Of a DNA stretch of 64,000 nucleotides, positions 1 to 10,660 are shown piece after piece. The position numbers and the translations under genes were made by a program. Numbering within the stretch: the stretch's first letter is position 1; every line of letters starts with the position of its first letter. The stretch is from Mesotaenium endlicherianum (Eukaryota). The stretch covers positions 655,602 through 719,601 of the forward strand of contig WELA01003606.1 in assembly GCA_009602735.1 (NCBI GenBank), written 5' to 3'. Under the pieces are notes generated by a model. The model worked only from the letters and a program-made list of their open reading frames with translations. It was not told where the DNA came from and ran no database searches.

Positions 1-409
1 TATGTACATGGAATGAGTTTACTGTTCAACGGTCAGTGCGATGGCACCGCCTACCCGGGAGTTAACCACGTTGGTAGGACCTCGGTTAACCAAATCCACC
101 GCCATCTCCCATCATCCCGAATAGCCATCCATCATAGGGATGTCATCTGGCTATTCATCTAGCATATCGCACTTAGATGCATATCAAGGCAGTTCGCTGC
201 TACCGAGTACGGAAGTCAGCTGGCTGTCAAAGAATGGGTCAGCAAGCTGACTTATATGGACTTCAGCTTGCTGCTTCCGGCTGAGTCATTAAACTGATAA
301 TTATGTAAAGTCCAGCAGACTGACTATTAACTAAAGTTCAGCAGGCTGAACTTAATTAACTATTATATTTAAATGAATATTATATCCACTAATATACTGA
401 TTCATTACA
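1..409 (-). repeat. Family A LTR (partial, runs off window), inserted into the extra ORF of another A element
   Basis: Reverse-complement match to LTR 1593-2313; terminates ...TTCATTACA at 409 (TG start on minus strand). Confidence 0.9.
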
Positions 410-1479
410 ACGGTATTCTACCTCACACTATTGCCAGCTTACAACGAAGTTGAGAGAAGGAACTGGGAGTACATGGCCAGGGAAGCAGGACAGCAGATGT
501 TCTCTCCCCACTGGTTCCCATGTGAATTGAGAAAAGCTGAGCACGGACCCCAGTACTACCAGCTGCCAACAGATTGGAGGTGGATGACCGCCACAAACAA
601 AAAGCAGGAGTGTGACCGAGCCCAACCGGACGATTTCCACTATGGCCTAGACGGCTACCTCATCCTGCCACCTCACATTGCCCCTTGGGACCCGAGGCTG
701 AATGGCTGCCTGAGCAACATGAATGCAGAGACCAAAGAGCACAGGAGGAGGGGAAGAGACTACTTCTTTAAGGGAAAGCATGCCTTTGTCAAATGGGCGA
801 AGAATGCAGGCCGGGTAGATATCAGCAGGCTGAAGGCCAAGCAACCTTCAGCGCCCCCTAAGAAAGGGAGATCAGTAGACTACTCCAGTCTACCAGGGAG
901 CAGGACGACTTAGTTGACGAGACTCCTACTCTCTCAGAGGAGGAGGATGAGGGGGATGAGGAAGAAGAACAAGGCAGAGGAGAAGCATCAGGAGCTGGTA
1001 CTCAGGAGATCCAGGGGCAGGCAGGGGCACTTCCTAAGGAACCAAGATCAGGTATATGGAACGTGATCCCGGTCATGGAGGCAAGTGGACTCCGCACTCG
1101 CTCCCCAAGCCCACCTGCCCAAGCAGGGGAAGAAGCTGATCTGACGGTACTTGGCAGCAGACACAGGCAGAAATCCCCGGAGGACAGGGGTTTCGAAAGA
1201 GGGCCACGCGGGGTGGCCAGAGGTATGCCGGCCTACCCCTCCGCTCAGGGACATGTACCTCTTGCCAATGTATTTCAACATCCTACGGGAATGCCTGTCT
1301 ATGTGGGAATTAATACCCAAGTGGGTGAAGAGCAGGCTACCATCTTTCGTTCTCCTCGAGGTCCAACTTTAGAACAAACGGGGTTCTTTAGAAGGCCAGC
1401 TGACAGACCTAGAGGGCTCTCCAGATCTAGGTCCAGATCTCAGTCTCCTGATCCTGAAGCCCCAGGAACAACCCCCTAA
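410..1479 (+). pseudogene. Family A additional 3' ORF of unknown function (copy 1, 5'-interrupted, frameshifted)
   Basis: Shares YNEVERR.WE..ARE, LPPHIA.WD.RL.G, KGKHA..KWA, PKKGRSV.YS, an acidic tract and GHVPLA.V.QHP.GM..YV with copy 2. Confidence 0.8.
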
Positions 1480-1592
1480 GTGACAGGCTAAAAGGGGCAG
1501 TCAGTGGGGAAGGCTGGTCACATCCAGTCCCCTTATTTAAGACTTCTGCAGTTTAATGTTGTCGAGGCGACAACAACTTAAGTTGGAGGAAT

Positions 1593-2313
1593 TGTAATGG
1601 ATCAGTATATTAGTAGATATAATATTCATTTAAATATAATAGTTAATCATGTTCAGCCTGCTGAACTCTAGTTAAATATTCAGTTTGCTGGACTTTATAT
1701 TTTATAGCAATTTAATGACTCAGGTAAAAGCAGCAGGCTGAAGTCAACTTAAGTTAGCTTGCTGACACATTCTTTGACATCCAGCTGACTTCCGTACTCG
1801 GTAGCAGCGAACTGCCTCACTATGCATCTAAGTCTGATAGGCTAGATGAATGGCCAAATGACATCTCTATGATGGATGGCGATTCGGGATGATGGGAGAT
1901 GGCGGTGGATTTGGTTAACCGAGGTCCTACCAACGTGGTTAACTCCCGGGTAGGCGGTGCCATCGCACTGGCCGTTGAACATTAAACTCATTCCATGTAC
2001 ATAGGCTAGGATTGCTCTCGAGTTCGGCATTCGGAAAAGAGGCCAACTCTCTTGTACAGCTTACTGAGAGAGATCTGAATCCAAGGCGAGAAGCCATTGA
2101 TACGCACTGTCTTCTAACCTTGCTTATGTATGAGTTTTACTGATTGCATTATTGATGCTAGTTTACTCGCATTTGACTTATGAGTGTTGTTCACTGCTAG
2201 TGTGTTGTCCTTTTGCCGTTTAATCTGTTAACGAAAAATCCATAAAGATTACTTGCTGATATAAAGATCTTTATTAATTGTTAATCGCCTATTTGGTAAG
2301 TCGATTCATTTCA
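1593..2313 (+). repeat. Family A 3' LTR (721 bp)
   Basis: TG...CA ends, preceded by PPT; matches 38784-39502, 1-409 and 60906-61463. Confidence 0.9.
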
Positions 2314-3600
2314 GGTCTCCATTCTTCATCAGCCAAAGTAACGGCAAGTGATCTGTGATTAACGTGAAAGGTCTTCCCCATAAATACTCTCTGAAATGTG
2401 TGACAGTCCAAACCACTGCCAACAGCTCTCATTCGTAGGACAAGTAGTTGCTCTCGGCTGGGTTGTTAGAACGCGAGGCATAGGCAATGACGTACTCCTC
2501 TCTAGGTCTTGCGGCCTGAGTGAGTTCTGCGCCGATTCCCACATGACTCCAATCAGTGTGTAGATTGAACAGCTTGGAGTAGTCAGGCGTACGCAAGACT
2601 CGGGTCGTTACCAACCGCTCCTTGAGCTCGTTCATGGCCTTCTCCAGGGCTTCCGTCTACACAAAAGGTACATCCTTTTTTAGGAGTTCTGTCAAGGGTA
2701 TAGCAATTTTGCTATAATCCTTAACAAATTCACGATAGTATCCGCTTAGCCCTAACAGAAGTTTCAGCTTAGACACATACGCCGGTGCAATTATCTTGTA
2801 AATGGCTTCAGTCTTTACTGCCTGAGGGAACATAGCATTGTTCCCAATCTTATGTCCTAAGTAAGGCACATGTGCCTCAAAGAATCCGCACTTTCCAGGG
2901 TGCAGTGTCATCTGGAATTTCTCCAGGCGCTGGAACACTTGTTCCAAGTGCTCGAGATGCTCCTCTATGGACTTGCTGAACGCCACTACGTCATCAATGT
3001 ATGGTTTTGCAAAATCCAGCCCCTCCAGCACTTTATCCATGTCCTCTGAAATATGGCTGGGGCATTTTTCAGCCCAAACGGCATTACCGTCCATTGCCAA
3101 AGTTCCCTTTGAGCCCAGAAAGCGGAATTACCTCGATTTTTTGTTTTCACAGGGATTTGGTTGAAGCCTTGGCGTAGATCAATGATGCTGAGCACTTTCC
3201 CGGTGGTAGCAATCGCAGAGATCCGCTCTGGTGTAGGCATCACATAGTTGTCTGGCTCCGTGTGAAGATTCAGTCAATTGTAGTCTCCATACATACGAGT
3301 GGTTGTATAATGGCCAACCTCGTCCTTCTTGGCAACTACTACTATGGGAGCTCGATGTACTGAGGTTGATTTCTCAATCATGCCAAGCTTGTGCAACTCC
3401 TGGCAAGTTTTCTCTACACAGTCCCATTCGGTGTGACTGAGCTTATGCGGCCGAAGTCTGACTGGGTTATCAGTAGTAAGTGTGATCTCACACACACTGG
3501 CAGTGGTTCTACCAATCTCCTCCTTGGTAAAAAGAAACACCTTGCGGTGCTTTTCAGCAGCCTTTCTACTTGTGCTCTCTGTTGGGCTGAGACCATTTTC
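2314..3600 (-). pseudogene. Element D reverse transcriptase and RNase H
   Basis: APIVVVAKKD, IIDLRQGFNQI, MPFGLKNAPAIFQR, YIDDVV, YLGH; RNase H LHTDWS...IAYASR...ESNYLSYE; frameshifted. Confidence 0.92.
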
Positions 3601-5036
3601 CCAACGGTGAAAACCTCAATTTCCGGCTGCTTTTCCCCAACACAGGCCTCCAGTAGTTGCTACTCTTTGGGTCCAGATGGGGGCTACGTGTTCTCATCCT
3701 GACCTTCAGGCTTTTTTGCCTGATTGTTAGACGGTGGAGTGGCAGGCTTTGCAACTTGCTCCTCCGTTGTCTTAGGCACGGTGGCTTTGCTTCTTAGGCC
3801 TTTTACCTTTTCCGATAGATTGTCGCCTCTCCTGTTGCGTGGAGTATGTCAGACGCCTCCGAATGGGCTGCCTCAAGAACCTTTCTTCATCGGCTGCAGT
3901 CCAGTTGGTCCCTGTTCCTCCCTCTTCTCGTGGTGGGGGTGGGTTCGGCAAAGGCCACCCTGCTAGATCTGCTCTGGGGTCGATTGTTCAACCCCACTCG
4001 CGTTCAATGGTAGTAATGTGCGCAACGGTTGTGCCAAACTTCTCCCTGGCTAGTGGCGTAACCGTCCATGCTTGTGTCACAATCTGCGATTCTGAGTCAC
4101 GGATAGTTGTGCGTTTACAGCATTCACTACTGTCAAGCGGCTTATGGTACTTTTCAGCTCCACCAGTTCCCTTTCAAAAACTGCAGATGTCCTAGAAGCT
4201 GAACTGTTCTTCTCCCACGTTCCAGTGGATGAAGGGCGCACCATGGGGATGTGAATTCCCAATGCCATAGCTTTGCAAATCAAGCCATTCTCTCCCTCTC
4301 TCTGCAAAATCTCCAGGACAGGTTGTGGAGGAGGAGCCATGGTTCCTTTCGGAACCCCTTCTCTCTGAGCTGTTCCCCTGTACTTGAGATATCGCATCAA
4401 CATCCTTCTGAAAGGTGCATTCCCTTCCCGGGCCACCTTTCTTGGTCTGCTTGCGCGACCGTGAGGATTTCCTTGTGTTGGTTCCACCTTAGCGGTGCAG
4501 GCAGCAACTTCCTGCGGCTGTTGTAGCTGATGTGGGGTAGCTAATGATACTAGAAAACTGGCAATTGGAGTGCTGGATGTAGGCAACCTCAGGTCGTTGT
4601 AAAGATCAGCCGGGCTGGGCCCTTCCATTATCAAGTGGTCGTCCACCCAATCATCCGTCCTGAGCTCTTGTAGCTCCAACAAGTCCAGCTCTGGGGTAGG
4701 AAAACGTGGAATTTCTTCCCGAATTACCTCTTCATTAGTGACTGACGGCAGGTCAAGCTCTGGAAAGTCTAGCATCTCTGCCTCATCTTCAACTAAGTTC
4801 TCCACTCCAGGTGGTGGTGGCTCTACTTCATTATCTGTGATGAGCTTTGCTAGATTGACGATGGCTGATTGCAAAGCGCTTGCCGCCTTAGCCACTTCCC
4901 TTTCCTTGTGTTGTCGAGCGTCTGCGTCCAGCAGCTGCTCCATGATTTGCCTTGCGATGGAATCGGCTGTCTGACTGGCTAAACCCTGCTGTTGCCCCTT
5001 AGCCTGCGGCTCTGAGCTCATCAAAGAGGGTGTTAT

Positions 5037-5755
5037 TGTAAGGTCATAGGTTTATAAAGTGCATTTTTGAGTTTTATGAAAGTATGTTTTGATTATATAG
5101 AAGTATAGAGTGCATTGTTGTGGTCATTTTGATATAAAGTTCATCGAATTTGGTCAAGTATTGAGAGAGTTACGGATTCCCGAAGTTTAATTAGTTTTGA
5201 GGTCGGTTGACGACTATCCTTAATTTGCGGTGAGCGCGACCGTCGGATTGACCGACAGCGTCGAGCGATCTGGCCCGTTGGAATTAACTCGAACTTCACG
5301 TAAGTTCGGCTGACGCGGAGTGCCGACTAGGTCGATTTACCTAGAAGTTTCGGTTTAGCCTAGCGCGTCTAAGATAGAATATTCTAGTAATGTCGATGCA
5401 TGTATGTGGACGTCAATTCGGCCCGACACGTCAGATTAGACTGATCTGGCTTACTCACAAATATTCTGGAAGGGACGATTTGACGAACACTTATAAAAAT
5501 CCGTAGCTTCCTCCTAGAGAGGAGCATTTAGGCAAAAAAATTCTTATCAGTTTTCACTTCTGTAAATTTCTACGAGTTTGTAATGACAAGGCCTTTTATC
5601 CTACATCATTTGTGAGCAGTTTTTTGCAACTCAAAATGTCAAGTGATTTTCCTAAGCTTTCTTAGCAATATGCCGCTGCACTCTTGAGTATGATTGCAAG
5701 TAGCTTTGTTCCTCGTGAGTCACTACGCTTCCACTAGGGCACTCTGCCCCTTTCA
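5037..5755 (+). repeat. B1 5' LTR
   Basis: TGTAAGGTCA...CCCTTTCA followed by Met PBS; near-identical to 8500-9004 and to the reverse complement of 25726-26469. Confidence 0.92.
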
Positions 5756-5792
5756 TCTGGTATCAGAGCAGGGCTGGTTTGCACATTACATT

Positions 5793-6640
5793 ATGGAGTC
5801 GCAGCCGGCAGCTGGAGGAGGCGAACATGTCGAGCATGTTGAGCGCGCGGGGCAGCAGGCAGCACCAACGATGACCAGAGAGCAACAAGAAATGCAGGCG
5901 ATGCTAAGGCAAATGGCGAATGCAATTGGAGGAGAAGTCTATGCCCAGTTTCAACAAAATATGCGCGCGGAGGTGGAGAGAATGGTGCGAGTTGTTGTTG
6001 GAAACGCCGCTTCGACGAGTTCGGCACCTGCACCCGTTGTACCACCAATTCACGTTAACCCAGTGGTGCAACCAGTTATTCCACTCGCATCGGGAGTGCG
6101 TGTGCCTAAGCCTAAAGTTTATACTGGAGAGCGTGGATCGCCGCCTGTTCATCAATGGATTTTTGGAGTGAAGAAATTTATGGAGTACTCTGCGCTCCCA
6201 CCCGACAGGCACGTCGCCTTTGTCATAACTTTGCTGCATAAGAGTGCTGGAGCTTGGTATGAACGAGAAGAGCAACTGTCTGGAGTTCCTGATACTGTTG
6301 ACCAGCTATTTGAAGGCTTGAAGAGGCAATTTTAACCTATTGCACCCGACGCTACCGCTCGAGATCTAATGGTGCGCCTTCGTCAACGAGGAAGCGTTCA
6401 AGAATATGTATCGCGCTTCAACGAGCTGGTGCTTCAATGTCCATCCATGCACGAATTGGAGATGATGGACAAGTTGAAGAGGGGACTCAAGCCAACTGTG
6501 GCCAAGGAAGTGGCGCTCAAGGACCCTACCAGTCTTGGAGAAATGATGGCATTGGCAACAAGGGTCGACGCTGTGGAGTATAGTCAGAGACAGTGGGACA
6601 GCCACAACTTTGGAGGATATCGAGACTTTGGATCTCAAAG
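5793..6640 (+). pseudogene. B1 gag (in-frame stop at 6333-6335; zinc knuckle and protease deleted)
   Basis: Retrotrans_gag-like LRQRGSVQEYVSRFNEL; collinear with B2 gag. Confidence 0.88.
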
Positions 6641-8512
6641 TGCACTGGAGCACAGGACAAGTGAAATTCCAAGGGCGTGATGGTCGAATGGAGAAAGCAA
6701 AACAGGTGGAGGTAGATACGACCACAAGTAACTGTCTTCTGTCGAGCCTGCAAGTTAAGAAGCTATGCAGGGCGAATCAGGTGAAGGAGATGTACCTTGT
6801 TTTGGTGGCCCTGGCCAGGTCATCAGATGGAGCAAGCGTGAGTCCTAACAGCCTGGGCGAATGTACATCGCCGGAGGAGCAAGTAGTGGTGTCTGATCCC
6901 CTTGCTCAGAAGGAGCAGAGCCCAACTCCTCAAGCAAAGAAGCCTGCTGAGATGCCTGCCCAAATTAAGGCGCTGTTGGAGGAGTTCAAGCGCGTATTTC
7001 CTGAGGAGCTACCTGCAGGATTACCTCCACAGAGAGCTATAGAGCACAAGATGGAGTTGGAACCAGGGAGCAAGCCACCAGTGAGACCCGCCTATCGTCA
7101 ATCGTTTGCGGAGTTGGATGAGTTGAAGAAGCAGCTGACAGAGTTGTTGGAGAAGGGATTCATTCGACCCAGCGAGTCTCCATTTGCAGCGCCAGTCTTA
7201 TTTGTGAAGAAGAAGGATGGCACTATGAGGATGTGTATCAACTACCGGGCACCCAACAAGGTCACTATCAAGAACGGGTACCCACTTCCACGAGTGGACG
7301 AGTTGATTGACAGGCTTGTTGGGGCGAAGTTTTTCTCGAAGATCGATTTGAGGAGTGGCTATCACCAGGTACGGATTGCGGAAGGAGACGTTCAGAAGAC
7401 TGCTTTCAGAACTCGCTATGGTTTGTTCGAGTTCACAGTCATGCCTTTTGGATTGACTAATGCACTTGCTACATTTATGGGACTCGTGAATAGTATCTTC
7501 AGACCCTACTTGGACCAGTTTGTGGTGGTATTTTTGGATGACATCCTGATCTATTCGACGACCTTGGAAGAGCATGTGGAGCATCTGAGGAAGGTTTTGG
7601 AGGTCTTGAGAGATCAGAAGTTATATGGGAAGATGAGCAAGTGCGACTTCTGTCTAAGTTGAGTATGAGCACTTCCTATCACCCTCAGACAGACGGGCAG
7701 AGTGAGAATCTCAACAGAACTCTATGCAAGAGGTGCTCAGGAGTTTCACTATGGAGGACCCTTCAGAGTGGGACAAGAAGCTGCCAGGGTTGGAGTTTGC
7801 CTACAACAACAGCATGCAGGGATCGACCAAGCAGTCACCATTCGCTATGGTTTATGGGAGAGAAGTATATCATCCAGGTAACATCTTGTTGGAGAAGGCC
7901 AAGGAGACTCAGGTTCCTACTACACAAGCTTTTGTGGAGCAGATGGCCAACACTTGGGATATGGCGAAGACGTGTATTCGGAAGGCACAGGAGGAACAGG
8001 GCAAGCATGCTAACAAGCACAGATGGGAAGTGACATTCCATGTGAGCGACAAAGTACTCTTGTCCACAGAGAACCTACCTTTCACAGGCAAGAGGAAACT
8101 GCGGCCACGGTTAATAGGTCCCTTTGTAGTGCTCAAGCAGGTTAATCCAGTGGCCTACAAGTTGGAACTTCCTTCAGGCTGGCGTATCCATGACGTGTTC
8201 CATGTCAGTTGTTTGCGGCCATATGTTGACCCGAAGGAAGGACATCCAGGACGACTACCTACACCGCCACCACCGGTCGAGATCGATGATGTATTGGAGT
8301 ATGATGTGGAGGCAATTGTCGGCGATCGACGAGTCAAGCGAGGTCAACGACTTGTTCAAGAGTATCTGGTCAAGTGGAAGGGCTACCATGCGGACGACAA
8401 CACTTGGGAGCCAGAGGCCAACTTGACTCATTGTAAGAGTAAGTTGAGACGTTATTTGCAGAATGCGTCGAGGACATCGCATCTTGAGGAGGGGGATGAT
8501 GTAAGGTCATAG
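6641..8512 (+). pseudogene. B1 pol remnant: RT, then integrase C-term and chromodomain (RNase H and most integrase deleted)
   Basis: [40 protein letters not shown] motif, YDVEAIV...YLVKWKGY...NTWEP. Confidence 0.92.
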
Positions 8513-9004
8513 GTTTATAAAGTGCATTTTTAAGTTTCATGATAGTATGTTTTGATTGCATAGAAGTCTAGAGTGCACTTTTGTGGTTGTTTTGATACGA
8601 AGTTCATCAAATTTGGTCAAGTATTGAGAGAGTTACGGATTTCTGAAGTTTAATCAATTTTAAGGTCGGTTGACGACTGTCCTTAATTCGCGGTGAGCGC
8701 GACCGTCGGATTGACCGACAGCGTCGAGCGATCTGGCCCGTTGGAATAAACTCGAACTTCACGTAAGTTCGGCTGACGCGGAGTGCCGACTAGGTCGATT
8801 TACCTAGAAGTTTCGGTTTAGCCTAGCGCGTCTAAGATAGAATATTCTAGTAATGTCGATGCATGTATGTGGACGTCAATTCGGCCCGACACGTCAGATT
8901 AGACTGATCTGGCTTACTCACGAATATTCTGGAAGGGACGATTTGACGAACACTTAGGAAAATTCGTAGCTTCCTCCTAGAGAGGAGCATTTTGGAAGAA
9001 AATT
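8500..9004 (+). repeat. B1 3' LTR, 3'-truncated
   Basis: Matches the 5' LTR up to ...GGAGCATTT, then switches to element D sequence. Confidence 0.85.
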
Positions 9005-9691
9005 GCTTGCCCGACTCCTCCTTGCGTTCTCCTAATGTCATTTCAAGACATATGGTCCTTGCAAACCCTCCAGAAACTCCCGAATTCTGGCTGCCCTCTT
9101 CAGCCCATTCACCAATATTGCACTGGCGTTCTTGCATTGTGAAGACGATAGATACTTTTGGCTAGCTTCCCAGCTACTTGAGCTTTCCTGCCAACAATCT
9201 CCGCGCCCAGTTGGTCTTGGGCTGAGGTGGGTTTCATACCCTGAATTGGCATCTTCTGGAGTCTCCTCACGCCTTGATGTCATGGCTCCGGAAGGTAGTC
9301 TTCCAAATATCTGATTGTGAGTGGCATTTCTCACAGACGACGGGGTGTCCTGCGTACTGTCTTCTGCGCTTGGCAACGGCGTTGCCTGCTCAAACGTCTG
9401 GTCCCCCATGGATGTATCTTCTCTTTCCAGAGGTGCTTGTATTTCAGCAATCCGATTATCGATCCGGTCCAACAGATCCTGGTATCTCATCAGTTCAATT
9501 GCTCCAGCTTGCCTGTATGCTCTGTTTCTGGCAGCTTCAGCTGCGTCTCTTTGCACACCGTATTCTTCTTGTTGCTGATATGCCGTCTTGATAGCCCTCT
9601 GATCAAATGTGGGGACCACATGGGCTCCAATTGTCACTGGTCTTGGCCTTGGCATAGGCTTGTCAGTGAAGGTCAACTGCTGCCACGTCAT

Positions 9692-10660
9692 GATTGTTTC
9701 CACCAGCCAAGTCATAGAGTGCTGTCCAATCATGTTGCCGAAGATCTTCGCAGCCTCGTCTGACCCTACAGCACCGGCTATCTGCCGAACTATAGTGTCG
9801 GGTATTCCAAGGCATTTGCCCTTCTCCACCGCAGTAGGCTCTCTCCAAACGTCATCTCTTTCATGCATGTCTTTGACCATTCTTGGTCCATCTTCTATGA
9901 AGGCTCAAGATCCTGGATATGCTGTGAAGGTAGGCAGTACCACCCTTGGCAATCCTGATTCGTTAATGACGCACTGGGGATAGATATCCCTCTTGGTACC
10001 TGGCCTGGTACATACTGCCAGCACCTTTTCTATTGTCAATGCTGTCGGTGATTGCCGTATAATGTCCTCCATCTCTCTCAGGACCTCAATAGATATGCCG
10101 TTGGCCCAAAATATTCTGGCCCTATGGGATGATCCTCCGTGCTTGGCGTCGTTGATTAGCACATGATGACCCAAGGTGGAGTCAAAAATCAGCCATGGTT
10201 CTCCCGGCTTCATCTGCTTGTAATCCATTCTTGGATGCACATTCTCAATCACAAACACTGGTGGGTAGTAGTGCTGTCGTTCCCGCAGCATGCTGATGAT
10301 TTTCACCATCCATCCCAAGTGTTGTGCTCGTGGATCACTGAATCCCCTCCTTTTTCCAGGTTGAGAAAACGGTTAACAAGGAAATCCAGCAAACATCCAG
10401 TCAATCCTGTAGCCATACAAGCCTTCAGGCTTCACATCAATAATGTTGCCTCCGGCGATGCGCTCGACATTGATATATGCGGGCACCAACCCTTTAAAAT
10501 GTTGCATTAGCCGCATCTAAGTCATGACTTTTCTGAATGCTAGGAAATCGTGGTCATCATTGTCCACATACAGAACTTTGGCCACCTGTATTCCTCGCTG
10601 GATCAATGCTATGGTCCCATACCCAAGTCCGGCAAATAATTCAACACCACTACTCCTCTT
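9692..10660 (-). pseudogene. C5 cytosine-specific DNA methyltransferase domain in the element D polyprotein (~320 aa, 3 premature stops)
   Basis: One frame: VELFAGLGYG (I, from 10645), YVDND (II), GNIIDV (III), DWMFAGFPC*PFSQPGKRRGFSDPR (IV), VFVIENV (VI, 10246-10238), SSHRARIFWAN (VIII), REPTAVEKGKCLGIPD (IX), KIFGNMIG (X). Confidence 0.93.

Larger units (their letters stand above)
410..2313 (+). mobile_element. 3' end of family A Gypsy element: extra ORF, PPT, 3' LTR
   Basis: ORFs 431-913 and 1063-1479 are homologous to 31681-33190; PPT AAGTTGGAGGA ~1580-1591; LTR TGTAATGG...CATTTCA 1593-2313. Confidence 0.85.
5037..9004 (+). mobile_element. Element B1: internally deleted chromovirus nested in D
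   Basis: 5' LTR 5037-5755, PBS TGGTATCAGAGC 5758-5769, gag, RT (FLDD), integrase C-term and chromodomain, PPT ~8486-8496, 3' LTR 8500-~9004 (truncated). Confidence 0.92.

Noticed and set aside
9692..10660. Host DNMT gene or bacterial restriction-modification contaminant
   Set aside because: Intronless, collinear with gag-protease and RT on the same strand, same decay pattern, and no partner endonuclease
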